Positions 49,522 through 60,086 of a stretch of DNA of 64,000 bases are shown here, piece after piece. The translations under genes were made by a program, and so were the position numbers. Source of the stretch: a bacterium (GTDB lineage: Bacteria; Zhuqueibacterota; Zhuqueibacteria; Residuimicrobiales; Krinioviventaceae). The notes under the pieces are model-generated. The model ran no database searches. It was not told where the DNA came from and saw only the letters and a list, made by a program, of their open reading frames with translations. The stretch spans positions 576,001 to 640,000 of the forward strand of contig CAXXMD010000003.1 of assembly GCA_963675755.2 (NCBI GenBank). The letters are read 5' to 3'. The stretch's first letter is position 1; every line of letters starts with the position of its first letter.

Positions 49522-50451
49522 TTAATAAAGTTCTCTGTTCTGAAAAATTAACCAGTCAATACAAAGATCTGTCCAACTCTTCCAATAACCCTGATCTATT
49601 GCCAGTGAATAACCATGCGTTCCCCCTTGATAAAGATGCATTTCTGCAGGAACACCCTTGTCCTTTAATGCACTATAAAATACCAGGCTATTTTCGACAG
49701 GAGCCGCAGGATCATCACCAGAATGAACGATAAAAGTCGGAGGAGTATCTTTTGTAACATGTAACTCATTGGAATAGTATTCAAGCAAAGTAGAATCAGG
49801 ATTTTCCCCAAGTAATCTATTTGATGATCCCGGGTGCATAAAAGGTTTTGTAAAAGTTACTACCGGGTATAATAAAATCATAAAATCAGGTCTGGAACTC
49901 ATGGTCTCTATAGGATCATTGGCCTTTTCATCACCATCATCAAAGTGGGTACCAGCTGTCGAAGCAAGATGTCCACCAGCGGAAAAACCCATAATTCCAA
50001 TTTTATCACCGTTAATATTCCACTCATATGCGTGGTATCGGGTTAATCGTATTGCTCGTTGAGCATCAAGTAGTGGTGATTTATGATTTGTAATATTGCT
50101 TTTTGATATAGGTAAACGGTACTTTAGTATTATAGCGGCAATTCCTTTGGAATTGAACCACTTTGCTACATCTGTACCTTCCAAATCATAAGCCAGGAAC
50201 CTGTATCCACCACCAGGACAGATTATAACTGCCTGGCCAGTAGCAATACGCTTAGAAGGAAGATAGACTGCAATATTCGGTTTTTGAACAAAACTGACTT
50301 TGACAATATCAGTAGAATCGCTTTTTTCAACTTGATTCGTTTTCTTGTAATTGGGGATGTTGTCAGGCCACAAGTCTAAAATATAATTTTGGCTTAAACA
50401 TATAGTGTTAAACATAAAAATGTAAATAATAAAAAATAAATGATTTTGCAT
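49522..50451 (-). CDS. Alpha/beta-hydrolase carbohydrate esterase (BD-FAE-like)
   Basis: CPGGGY, KYRLP, GFSAGGHLA, RPDF, TPPTF, HG. Confidence 0.88.
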   Translation of the reverse strand: MQNHLFFIIYIFMFNTICLSQNYILDLWPDNIPNYKKTNQVEKSDSTDIVKVSFVQKPNIAVYLPSKRIATGQAVIICPGGGYRFLAYDLEGTDVAKWFNSKGIAAIILKYRLPISKSNITNHKSPLLDAQRAIRLTRYHAYEWNINGDKIGIMGFSAGGHLASTAGTHFDDGDEKANDPIETMSSRPDFMILLYPVVTFTKPFMHPGSSNRLLGENPDSTLLEYYSNELHVTKDTPPTFIVHSGDDPAAPVENSLVFYSALKDKGVPAEMHLYQGGTHGYSLAIDQGYWKSWTDLCIDWLIFQNRELY

Positions 50452-50601
50452 AATTCTAACCACTAATCTTGTACAAAACAATTTAACTGGCTTTTAATTT
50501 TATTGAAAGAGTTGGACAATTAATGACAAATTGAAAAAATAGATTTTAATAAATACTGACAAATCCTTGTTAATCATTAATTACCATTAGGAAAAGCGAT
50601 C

Positions 50602-50639
50602 AAAAAAAGAGGGATAATTTCGTGAAAGTATCCCTCTTT
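50602..50639 (-). terminator. Intrinsic terminator after the beta-helix protein gene
   Basis: AAAGAGGGATA/TATCCCTCTTT stem followed by a T run on the minus strand. Confidence 0.65.
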
Positions 50640-50685
50640 CAAAAAATGATTATCTTATTTCAAATTACAAGTATTATCCTGGATA

Positions 50686-52350
50686 CTATTTCATCAATAT
50701 CATTTTTTTAACTTGTACTTTTGAATCAACTTCAAGGCGATAAAAGTAAATACCGCTTGGAACTATTTTTCCAAAGTCATTCATACTATTCCAAACGACT
50801 TGATGTGTACCTGCAGTATTCATTTCATTTACCAATGTTCTTACTTTTTGTCCTAAAGAATTATAAACAACCAGACTTGTGTTAGCTGGTTTGTCTATAG
50901 AATAATTAATGACAGTTTCAGGATTGAAAGGATTTGGATAGTTTTGTGCTAAACTAAATCCAGCAGGAACTGCTGTTTCGTTTGTTTCAACGCCTGTTAA
51001 ATAAGTTTCCCATTCAGCTTTCTTTTCGGGGAACCAGTTCAAATCGCCCAGGGGGAATCCACCAATACCTGCGGTATAAGATGTTGCGTCGGTATTGTAA
51101 GACATATCCAATTCAGATTTTTCCCGTAAATCAAAAGTTGCATCAAGACCGGTCCACCAGTCCCATCCCTGAAATGGAGTTTCACCAGCATAAGTAACAG
51201 GATCGGCATTGCCAAGCACACAATAGTCGGCAATTGCTTCAATTGCAAACATTGGAGTTGCAGGCGCATCTGTAAAAGTAACCTCTTCTTCAAAGTAGGC
51301 ATTTTCAGGATCAATAATAACCGATTCTGTGTTGTTAGTCATAGTCCAGCTTTTATCCAATCCTCTTGTAGACCATGCATTTAGAACCTCGGAGGTATAG
51401 CTGATGTTATTAGACTGCATATCAATTACAGTACCGGCTGAATCAACCATTTCGGCGCTTATAAGCCACGATCCTTTTGGTCCAAGCATAGAAATGGTAT
51501 CAACAAAGTCGGTAATATCATCTTCGTTTTGTGGAAAATCGGTATACTTGTCGGAAAAGAATTCATTAGGGCGCATTGTGCCATTTACATAAAGATTGTT
51601 CGTAAATTGTACATTTTCAATGCGGGAAAACATCGTGGTTGGACCATGGGCGCCGGTAATATTGTATATTGTGTTATGGTCAACAATGAGTGTTTGTTGC
51701 TGGTATACAGCTGCACGGTAATCACCCCAGCCATTGCTCAGGAATGGACCAAATGTACAAAACATGAATGTATTGTTTTGGATTTTGGCGTACTTTATAG
51801 CTTCATCCTGGTAATCAAAAGTTCCGCCCCAACCTCCTGCAACAGACAAATTGCCAGCCAAAAAGCAATTCTCAATGATGAGTGAATCTATAGTATTTCC
51901 AGGAACCACAAATCGAAATCTTGAAATTTCCAAACCATCCAGGTGCAGTTTTGCCTCACCAAGTTCACCTTGTCTGACACATCGGGTTGCATAAGGAGCA
52001 AGAGTACCTTGCTGACCATTACAAATGATATTTTTCAATGTGAGCGCTGCATCAGCCTGAAACATGTTGCCAGTATATTCACCTGCTGCATCAGCAGCGA
52101 ACACAACTCTTGCCTTAGTTGCGGCACCATCAGCGGTTTTAATGGTTAGAGGAACATTGTTAGCCACAGTAGTGGTAATAGGATAGATACCGCCATCTGC
52201 AAGAATAAGAACATCTCCAGCGCTGGCACTAGCCGCGGCATTATACAAAGCATCAACTGTTGCTGCCGGAACATTTACTTCGGCTGAAAACGCTGTGTTT
52301 GCAGTAAGCAAACAAAAGATTATAAATAAAACTGTAATTGTTTTTCTCAT
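50686..52350 (-). CDS. Secreted beta-helix protein with C-terminal sorting domain, partner of the TonB receptor
   Basis: Signal peptide; GDVLILADGGIY, IENCF, IQNNTF, VDHNTIYN, FTNNLYVN; GFPLGDLNWFP; QNYPNPFNPET. Confidence 0.8.
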   Translation of the reverse strand: MRKTITVLFIIFCLLTANTAFSAEVNVPAATVDALYNAAASASAGDVLILADGGIYPITTTVANNVPLTIKTADGAATKARVVFAADAAGEYTGNMFQADAALTLKNIICNGQQGTLAPYATRCVRQGELGEAKLHLDGLEISRFRFVVPGNTIDSLIIENCFLAGNLSVAGGWGGTFDYQDEAIKYAKIQNNTFMFCTFGPFLSNGWGDYRAAVYQQQTLIVDHNTIYNITGAHGPTTMFSRIENVQFTNNLYVNGTMRPNEFFSDKYTDFPQNEDDITDFVDTISMLGPKGSWLISAEMVDSAGTVIDMQSNNISYTSEVLNAWSTRGLDKSWTMTNNTESVIIDPENAYFEEEVTFTDAPATPMFAIEAIADYCVLGNADPVTYAGETPFQGWDWWTGLDATFDLREKSELDMSYNTDATSYTAGIGGFPLGDLNWFPEKKAEWETYLTGVETNETAVPAGFSLAQNYPNPFNPETVINYSIDKPANTSLVVYNSLGQKVRTLVNEMNTAGTHQVVWNSMNDFGKIVPSGIYFYRLEVDSKVQVKKMILMK

Positions 52351-52729
52351 TATAAATCTCCCTTTTCCGAAAATCAATACTGAAATTTTTTAGTTATTTA
52401 AGTTTGTAAATTTAATCCAATTCAAAAATGATGACGTTACAAGCTTAACGAAACTATTAAACATCATCTACTCATACTTAATTTTTCCCTCCTTAAAAAA
52501 ACAAAGTATTTTCTTTTCAACTTGAATTTTACTCTTATATTCTATCACCTCCCTTTTGAACTTTAATTCCATTTTTAAATTAAATTTTATCATTATTTCT
52601 TTGGGCTTCAATTCGTCAAAACAATACTTGAAATTTTTGTCAATAAGCTCAAATTTATATAGCCAGGCAATATTCTGCCAATTGTCAATCAGTTTGCAAA
52701 TATCTCAAGCTGTGATAAGGATTCATCAT

Positions 52730-55627
52730 TTAAAAACTATACTGTACACCAAAATCATACATTGCACCATAAACAGAATAGGTTGAGTGTTTGTCTGTAC
52801 CACTCAGGCTTGTTATATCCGGAGTACTTGTCAAATTTACTCCAGTAAAGAGTAAGGACAATTTTTCATTAATTTTGTAACGCAGTGACATGTCATAGCG
52901 AACAAAGTCTTCAACATAAGTATCAGCAGTTTCAATGCGCCCGACGCCGCTCAGGCTACGTCCCTGAAAGAATGTAGAAAATCTACCTGAAAAACCGCCA
53001 ATGTCATAGCCAATAGACATATTTAAAATATGATCAGGCTGTGTCGGAAGACGTCCCTTACGGAAACCAATGTCATAAGTCATGTGCTCAACGATCCATG
53101 GAGCCTGGCTAATATAGGTAATACTGTCGAGTGTCACCTCATAGTGCCGTAACCATGAATTTGAGAATGCACGTGTATAATTGATACCAAATGTGAAATT
53201 TTTCAATAAACCGGGTAGAGCACTGAGGTTGGCCTGATAGTCAACTTCAATACCTTTCACAGTGGAAAGACCATGGGTATTAACAGGAAATGAAATATTT
53301 TTATTAATATAATGATTCGCATCAAAGGCAGGGTCATCCTCATCAAGTCCATACATTATTGCATCTTCATTACTTCCTACATAGTACTGGAGCGTATATG
53401 AAAAGTTTTTAATTTCTTTATAGTATCCTGCAATTGTAAATAACCCAAATCTATTACTATATATTGATGTTGAAAGGTCAAAATTCTTTGACGTTGCTGT
53501 CTTGAGATCTGGATTACCACGCTCAGTGATAGCTTCATTATCGAAAGATGCGGTTACATATGGAATAAGATGTCTAAAATTGGGTCTGGAAATTGTTTCA
53601 GTATAGGCAAATCGGGTATCAAGCCATTCCAAAGGTTTCACTTTTATATGCACCATTGGCAGCCAGAATTCATGTTCACGTTTTGCACTTCGTGGCTCAT
53701 ATACACCATTAAAGGTTACCGTACTTTTATTTTTGATATAGTGATAATATCCAGTTGCATCAAAATCATCACCTTCATAACGTATGCCGGGAATAACGGT
53801 CAATACATCATTAAAGGCATTGAGTTTCATCATCAAATAGCCGGCGTAATAATTTTCCGTCATATCATAATTTTCGTTATCCGTTTTCAGAGGCTTATAT
53901 GCAGCATATTCATAGTCTTTGATCCAGTCAGTCCAGACAGACTTGATTTTGTCCACATCAATATAGTGGTTGATTGAGACCTTTCCATTCAGCACCGGAT
54001 CAGGATTATAATCTGTAGTATATTCTGACCATACTGGTCCTGAAGCACCGTTAGGAAACAAGCCGTCATAAAGACTTCGCTGCTGAATACGACTTGAACG
54101 CTCCACCTGTTTAAAAAGAACACCTGTCTTTATAAAGCCTGACATATTCTTGTAAAAAAATGGATATTTAATATCAAATTTTTCGGCATATTTAACTTCT
54201 TCAATATGCCCTTCATCTTTATAAACTTCATTAAAATTCCAAATACCCGTATTCGGAAGTAAATCTAAATAGTCTTCAGGCGTAATTGTAAGCTTGTTGG
54301 CAGCATTTAAAGCATCAATTTCACCCTGATCTGTTGGGCTCAAATTGAATCGTATTTGATAATCGTCGGGTGTATCTGTTTCAGAGCGAAAATGCGAAAC
54401 TCGCCATTCTATATCGAATTTAGAAAAGTTGTGTGTACCGCGTAATGCATTTGAAAGCATATACACGTCACTCTCTGTTTTGTATCCACTGAGACTGGAT
54501 GCATTCCTTGTTATCATTCTGGAAGTTAAACCACCGGAATTGAAAAAATTGGAGAATAAAATCTCGGTCCCTTTGTTTGAATAATCGAATATGGCATCAA
54601 TGCCCTGCTTAGTACGGATCGCTCTTGTATTACTTATTGTGGCACCCGTTGTTCTGTATTGGGTTACTCGAACTCCATCAATATAAGGTTCTTCTCGTTG
54701 AATTGATCCAATTAACCGATCACTGCCACGATTACGCTGCTCAGCATTTATGCCGAATTGAACTCCCAATTTCTTATCGAAAAAACGTCGGGACATTTTT
54801 CCAACTATTTTATATTGATTCAAATCTTCCTCGTATGCATTATAACCGCCATACACACGGATGTCGTATTCATTTTCCTCAGGGGCTCTGCCCAGACGCA
54901 TATTAACAGTTCCACCCAGGGTTGCCGCATCCATGTCCGGCAAGATGGCTTTGTATACTTCAATACCACTTAAATTTTCCTGAGAAATACCCTGCAATGT
55001 AACGCTTCTGCTTTGTTTTCCACTAAAGTCATCAGCACGGCCAGGAGTACCTGTTCCGCCCATTACAACACCATCAATTTGAACCTGATTATATTGGCTG
55101 TTAAGGCCACGAATACGGATACTAGCACCTTCACCATCAACTCTTGATATTGTGATTCCGGGAACACGTGCAATGGCTTCAGCCACATTCTGGTCTGGTA
55201 ATTCCTGAATTCGTTCAGCATCAACAATATTCATCATGGCGTCAGCAGCAAGTTGCTGGTTAATGGCCGCCAATTGACCCACAGATTGGGCAGACACAAC
55301 AACCACATCTCCCTCAATATATGACATAACCAATTCGGCATTCTGCATCACAGTTTGATTCGCTGTCTTGATTTGAACATTATATTCTGCTACTTCATAT
55401 CCTATATATGTGACTTTTAAGGTATAGTTACCAGGTGGTATTTTTTGAATAGTAAATCTACCCTCTATGTCTGACGCTGAACCTAAACTCGTACCTCCAA
55501 CCATAACATTTGCACCAGGCAGGAGTACACCAGTTGCTCCATCAGTAATCGTCCCCTTAATTGTTGCCCCAAAAATAGAAACAGCATATAGAAAAATAAA
55601 AAACAACATATTTTTAATATTTTTCAT
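52730..55627 (-). CDS. TonB-dependent receptor with N-terminal carboxypeptidase-regulatory-like domain
   Basis: IKGTITD..LPGANV; plug IQELPDQNVAEAIARVPGITI; GNPDLK; C-terminal GVQYSF. Confidence 0.93.
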   Translation of the reverse strand: MKNIKNMLFFIFLYAVSIFGATIKGTITDGATGVLLPGANVMVGGTSLGSASDIEGRFTIQKIPPGNYTLKVTYIGYEVAEYNVQIKTANQTVMQNAELVMSYIEGDVVVVSAQSVGQLAAINQQLAADAMMNIVDAERIQELPDQNVAEAIARVPGITISRVDGEGASIRIRGLNSQYNQVQIDGVVMGGTGTPGRADDFSGKQSRSVTLQGISQENLSGIEVYKAILPDMDAATLGGTVNMRLGRAPEENEYDIRVYGGYNAYEEDLNQYKIVGKMSRRFFDKKLGVQFGINAEQRNRGSDRLIGSIQREEPYIDGVRVTQYRTTGATISNTRAIRTKQGIDAIFDYSNKGTEILFSNFFNSGGLTSRMITRNASSLSGYKTESDVYMLSNALRGTHNFSKFDIEWRVSHFRSETDTPDDYQIRFNLSPTDQGEIDALNAANKLTITPEDYLDLLPNTGIWNFNEVYKDEGHIEEVKYAEKFDIKYPFFYKNMSGFIKTGVLFKQVERSSRIQQRSLYDGLFPNGASGPVWSEYTTDYNPDPVLNGKVSINHYIDVDKIKSVWTDWIKDYEYAAYKPLKTDNENYDMTENYYAGYLMMKLNAFNDVLTVIPGIRYEGDDFDATGYYHYIKNKSTVTFNGVYEPRSAKREHEFWLPMVHIKVKPLEWLDTRFAYTETISRPNFRHLIPYVTASFDNEAITERGNPDLKTATSKNFDLSTSIYSNRFGLFTIAGYYKEIKNFSYTLQYYVGSNEDAIMYGLDEDDPAFDANHYINKNISFPVNTHGLSTVKGIEVDYQANLSALPGLLKNFTFGINYTRAFSNSWLRHYEVTLDSITYISQAPWIVEHMTYDIGFRKGRLPTQPDHILNMSIGYDIGGFSGRFSTFFQGRSLSGVGRIETADTYVEDFVRYDMSLRYKINEKLSLLFTGVNLTSTPDITSLSGTDKHSTYSVYGAMYDFGVQYSF

Positions 55628-55654
55628 TTTTTATCTCCTTGATAATTGAAAATC

Positions 55655-56533
55655 CTATTCATCTTCCTCAGACTCTATTGCCAATAGAAAAGTTGCAATC
55701 AGCGCCAGTACCATTCCAGAAATTATTATGGGATGAGGAATTACACTGTATATGATAAGAGAGAGAACAACTGTAATAACGGGTGCGATAGCATTTGTTA
55801 ATGGAGAAACAATAATCGCTTTCCCATAACGCAGAGCATATACCAGACATAAAGCGCCTATTGAATTCAATATTTGAATCATTGCCGCCAGATATGGGCC
55901 TTTAAATCCCCAATTTATGGGTTGGCTAAAATCAGTCATATAAATTGCAAACGGTATCAGTAAAAGACCCGTTATCATCATATAAAAAAAGATACTTTCA
56001 GCTTTCATGCGTTCATTTGCAAACCTCATCACAAAAGCCTGAATTCCCCATGCCAGGAATACGAACAAAGCAAGCACTATCCAGAAATAACCTCGTCCGG
56101 ATGTATCCGGAGATTGATAGGACAATAAGGGAATCGCCAACAAGGCAATGATAATACCAACCCAACTTTTTTTACCAGTCCGTTCTTTTAAGAAAAAATA
56201 CGATAGTAAAATGGTAATAATTGGTGATAATGAAATAAAAGGAAAAACGAGATAAGCAGGACCTGTTCTCAAAGTTTGAAAGAGGATCAGTTGTCCACCA
56301 GCGCCAAGGAATCCTATAACAGATCCCAGGAAAATTGAACGCAAATCATTCTCCAACTTCCAATTGACAAACTTTAGAGCTACCAGTGCGCAAGGAATCA
56401 TCGTTAGTGCCCAAACCGTATAACCTAAAGTAGCTGGAAAGCCTGCTTTTTCCGGTGCTTCAATAAAAGCGCCCCATAATCCCCAGAATAACGTCGTTGT
56501 TATTGCAAAATAGAACCAAATTCTTTTTTTCAT
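55655..56533 (-). CDS. EamA/DMT-family transporter
   Basis: About 10 TM segments in two repeats; FWGLWG, GPAYLVFPFISLSP, GKAIIVSPL. Confidence 0.85.
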   Translation of the reverse strand: MKKRIWFYFAITTTLFWGLWGAFIEAPEKAGFPATLGYTVWALTMIPCALVALKFVNWKLENDLRSIFLGSVIGFLGAGGQLILFQTLRTGPAYLVFPFISLSPIITILLSYFFLKERTGKKSWVGIIIALLAIPLLSYQSPDTSGRGYFWIVLALFVFLAWGIQAFVMRFANERMKAESIFFYMMITGLLLIPFAIYMTDFSQPINWGFKGPYLAAMIQILNSIGALCLVYALRYGKAIIVSPLTNAIAPVITVVLSLIIYSVIPHPIIISGMVLALIATFLLAIESEEDE

Positions 56534-56578
56534 CGTTAGCCAAATTTAAGTTAATATTAGTTTCCTATTCAAGGTTGT

Positions 56579-57883
56579 TTAACAATAACCGCATGCATAT
56601 GAATATATCACTATAGTATCCCTGATCTTATCTTGAATGATTTCTTCGGGACTGTTTTGTATTCGCCCTTCTCGTATCGACTGATACTGCATTGGCAAAT
56701 ATTGACTTAAAAGTGTAGCAGGTATTTCATGATGATTGAGATTATGAATGAGTATTGATAGTGACTCACGTATATGTGGTAAATTCCAGTAATATCTTGA
56801 ACGATCGCTATAGCTATATTTTCGAGAAAATGACCGAGTCTTGTGATCACCTTTATAATGATTATTCCAGTATGTTGGATTTTCGCACATTAACTGATCA
56901 AGTGTTTCCCTGATATGTGATAAAACAATACCCTTTCTCGAGAAAGAAAGTTCCTCTTCAATTTCGGCAAGAGCAAAAACAGCTTCTCGAAAAGCAAAAG
57001 TTAACCAGGGACCAACTTTAAGGATAGCGAAATGATCTTTTACCATCTGGCGCAAAGCTGATTTCAATTGGTAATCTGTAGAATGGGCCTCATATACCAA
57101 ATTGGAATAATTTTCAATAAACAGCGAAAGTTCTTTTGCTTGATCATGAGAATAATTCAATACAATTTCATCACCAAATTCGACACCCGGTTGAACAACG
57201 ACTGCTATCACTCTTTTCCAGGCGCTATCCAATCCTCGTGTTAAAAATGCTTTTTTGGTAATTTCTATTGTATTTTTAATATCAACAGTGTTGGTTATCT
57301 CTATATCTTGTTCCTCTACAGCACCTCCCGGTATTGGAACATCTGTGCCAATAACATATAAAGGTTGCAGTGAACCAGGAGGCATATTCTGGTATGTCTG
57401 TTCTGCCACCTCACATAAATCCGCGGCCCTTTCAGCAATAATATGACAATCCAATGGCTCATGTAAAGGACCGTTGTCATCATTACATTTCATACTGGCA
57501 TCAAGATGAATCTTTTGATAACCCGCCTGTACATAATCACGAATCATATGTTTAGACTTTTCCATAGCACTGTTTGCATTTTCATTTTGCCACGGATTTG
57601 GGCCCAAGTGATCACCACCCAAAATCAGCCGGTTTAACGGAAAGCTTACAGTTCTGGCAATTTCATGAACATAATCAACGAATTGGGATGGTGTCATACC
57701 TATATATCCACCCATCTGATTCACCTGATTGGATGTGGATTCTACCAAAAGATTGGTCTCATCTTCCATGGCCTGCCGCATCGCTGCTTTGAGAACAAAA
57801 CCATTTGCTGAACAAACAGAATATATCCCAATGCTTTGATCACTGTTAAATTGGTGCAAATTTTCAAGACTAAAATTATTCAT
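56579..57883 (-). CDS. kbaZ: GatZ/KbaZ-family protein (tagatose-6-phosphate 4-epimerase-like)
   Basis: SVCSAN, ESTSNQVNQMGGY, GGDHLGPNPW, KIHLDASM, VVQPGVEF, EAHSTDYQ, ILKVGP, YSYSDRSRYYW. Confidence 0.9.
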   Translation of the reverse strand: MNNFSLENLHQFNSDQSIGIYSVCSANGFVLKAAMRQAMEDETNLLVESTSNQVNQMGGYIGMTPSQFVDYVHEIARTVSFPLNRLILGGDHLGPNPWQNENANSAMEKSKHMIRDYVQAGYQKIHLDASMKCNDDNGPLHEPLDCHIIAERAADLCEVAEQTYQNMPPGSLQPLYVIGTDVPIPGGAVEEQDIEITNTVDIKNTIEITKKAFLTRGLDSAWKRVIAVVVQPGVEFGDEIVLNYSHDQAKELSLFIENYSNLVYEAHSTDYQLKSALRQMVKDHFAILKVGPWLTFAFREAVFALAEIEEELSFSRKGIVLSHIRETLDQLMCENPTYWNNHYKGDHKTRSFSRKYSYSDRSRYYWNLPHIRESLSILIHNLNHHEIPATLLSQYLPMQYQSIREGRIQNSPEEIIQDKIRDTIVIYSYACGYC

Positions 57884-58826
57884 TAACCGCACTTTTTAAT
57901 ATCTGTTTTAAATTTTCCTGTAATACTTTTTTATCAGTAAAGGCACCGGTACCGCCAATTGCTGTGACTGCATTAGCTCCACAAGCATTGCCAAAACGCA
58001 AACACTCTGTCCAATCTGAATTCTGCAAAAATTTATAAATAAACCCGGAATTAAAGCTGTCACCAGCACCCGTAACTTCTACAGGTGTTACATGAAAAGA
58101 TGGAGCTTTAAAAGTCTTATCGTTTGTGCAAAGTATCGATCCTTTATCACTACGCTTGACAACCAGTACCCTGACTTTTTGGCGTAAAAATTCAATGGCT
58201 TTTTCAATGTCATCCGTTTTTGCAATACGAAGGGCTTCATCTTCATTCGGGAAAAATATATCCGTATGCTTTAATACATCAAAAAGATCTTTATCCCATT
58301 TATCTTCAGGGTCCCAATTCGTATCAAGAGAAGTAGTCATGCCCAATTCTTTTGCCTTGGCAAAAATAGCCGGTAAATCGGGACGAATACCAGGTTGTAA
58401 ATAATAGCATCCCAAATGCAAGTGACGAGCCTGTGAAATATAATCCCAATCCATATCATCAATTGCCAGACATTTCATTGCCCCCATGTAGGTCAACACT
58501 GCTCTGTGTGGTAGATTTGCAAGAACAATGGAAGCACCTGTTTTCAAATTTTTATCACGAATAATTGATAACGTCTCAACACCACCGGCAGCTAATTTTT
58601 TTATCATATAATCACCAAAGTTATCAATACCGGCTTTACCAATAAAACCCACCTTTGCTCCGATTGATGCAAGATTATGTGCAGTAATAGCAGAAGAGGA
58701 ACCCATAGCGAACCGCATATCCTCTGCCAGCATTTCTTTGTCATTCTCAGGCATGGGTACATTTATCAAAACAAGATCAATATTCAATTCTCCAATGATG
58801 ACAACATCCAGTCGTTTTTCTGCCAT
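57876..58826 (-). CDS. PfkB-family carbohydrate kinase
   Basis: IGELNIDL, GSSSAITA, PNEDEA, VTGAGDSFNSG. Confidence 0.92.
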   Translation of the reverse strand: MAEKRLDVVIIGELNIDLVLINVPMPENDKEMLAEDMRFAMGSSSAITAHNLASIGAKVGFIGKAGIDNFGDYMIKKLAAGGVETLSIIRDKNLKTGASIVLANLPHRAVLTYMGAMKCLAIDDMDWDYISQARHLHLGCYYLQPGIRPDLPAIFAKAKELGMTTSLDTNWDPEDKWDKDLFDVLKHTDIFFPNEDEALRIAKTDDIEKAIEFLRQKVRVLVVKRSDKGSILCTNDKTFKAPSFHVTPVEVTGAGDSFNSGFIYKFLQNSDWTECLRFGNACGANAVTAIGGTGAFTDKKVLQENLKQILKSAVNE

Positions 58827-58983
58827 TTAATAACCTTCTTTATTCTGAATAAATAGTTCCTAAACTCGTTTTTGTACAAACAGATAAAATGTAAATATTG
58901 ATAATTATCTGAGTTTAATTTTCAAGCTTTTATATAAAATAAATTATGAAAGCATTTCTTGGTTTTCAAATTTGTAAAAACAG

Positions 58984-60075
58984 TTATTTTATTTCACTAT
59001 CAGCTTGCTCAAATGTGACAACTTGGGATAAATATCGAGGCAAATCCGGATTAATATCTTTAGAAACTGCACGATAAAAACCAAGTAACTGCAAAAGAGG
59101 AACATAATGGAAAATATTAAACATGTCGGATGATTGATTCATACAGATACTGAAATCTGCACTTTGCTCAATAAATTGTGAATATTCACCATGCAAAACA
59201 AAACACTTACCACCTAAATCCTTGATCTCTTTAATCATAGGCTTTTCCCAGCCGGCTCCTGAACTGGAGATTAAAAATGTTATTAGTGAATTTTCTGAGA
59301 CGAAAGACCTTGGCCCATGACGATATTCCAAAGTATGAAAACTCGTAGAATTTGTAATGGACATTTCCAGCATTTTTAATGCAGCTTCATTAGCAATGCC
59401 ATAATAGGGCCCCTGACCCAAAAATATGAAATCATTAAATTGTGTGTTTGCAGCAACATTTTCTATAAACGATTCATGTGTTTTAACAAGTTTTTCACCA
59501 GACCCAACAACACTAAATAAAGATTCAAGTGTGGCATCATCATTTCTCAAAATTAAAGCGATGTATATTAAAGCTAATAACAACGTTGTAAATGAACTGG
59601 TCATGACGACACTCTTTTCCTTTTCAAATGGGAAAGGGATAGAATAGTCACACGCTTTTACAAGTGAAGAATTCTGATCGCATGATATTGCCAGGGTAGG
59701 AATATGAAATTCTTTACGAGATTTTTCTGCAACCAGAACAGTTTCAGTAGATTCACCAGATCTGGAAATGGGAACTATTAAATATTTTTTATTCTTCAAA
59801 AAGATAGAATCCGGATTAATGAGAATTTCTGATCCAGGTAAAGCATAACTAATAATACCAGTATATTTTGAAAATAAACTACTGGCGGTCTGAGCTATAT
59901 AATAAGAAGTGCCACATCCAACAAATATCCAAATACGATCTACAAAATCTTTTATTAACTGTTGATTTTTTTCTTTATCATATATAAGAGCTGTAAGTGC
60001 ATTTTTCCATATTTTTTGTTGCCTAGATATTTCAAGATAAGTTAAATATTCATGGGCTGATTGTTTCGCCATCAT
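58984..60075 (-). CDS. SIS-domain sugar-phosphate isomerase/deaminase (AgaS-like)
   Basis: GCGTSYY, SRSGESTE, SVVMTSSFT, EAALKMLEM, EYRHGP, INPDLPR. Confidence 0.85.
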   Translation of the reverse strand: MMAKQSAHEYLTYLEISRQQKIWKNALTALIYDKEKNQQLIKDFVDRIWIFVGCGTSYYIAQTASSLFSKYTGIISYALPGSEILINPDSIFLKNKKYLIVPISRSGESTETVLVAEKSRKEFHIPTLAISCDQNSSLVKACDYSIPFPFEKEKSVVMTSSFTTLLLALIYIALILRNDDATLESLFSVVGSGEKLVKTHESFIENVAANTQFNDFIFLGQGPYYGIANEAALKMLEMSITNSTSFHTLEYRHGPRSFVSENSLITFLISSSGAGWEKPMIKEIKDLGGKCFVLHGEYSQFIEQSADFSICMNQSSDMFNIFHYVPLLQLLGFYRAVSKDINPDLPRYLSQVVTFEQADSEIK

Positions 60076-60086
60076 CTACGTCTCCA

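Noticed and set aside
52380-52730. Strong RBS-like sequences and a possible 27-aa minus-strand ORF between the TonB receptor and its partner
   Set aside because: Too short, with no recognisable motif; it cannot be supported from sequence alone.
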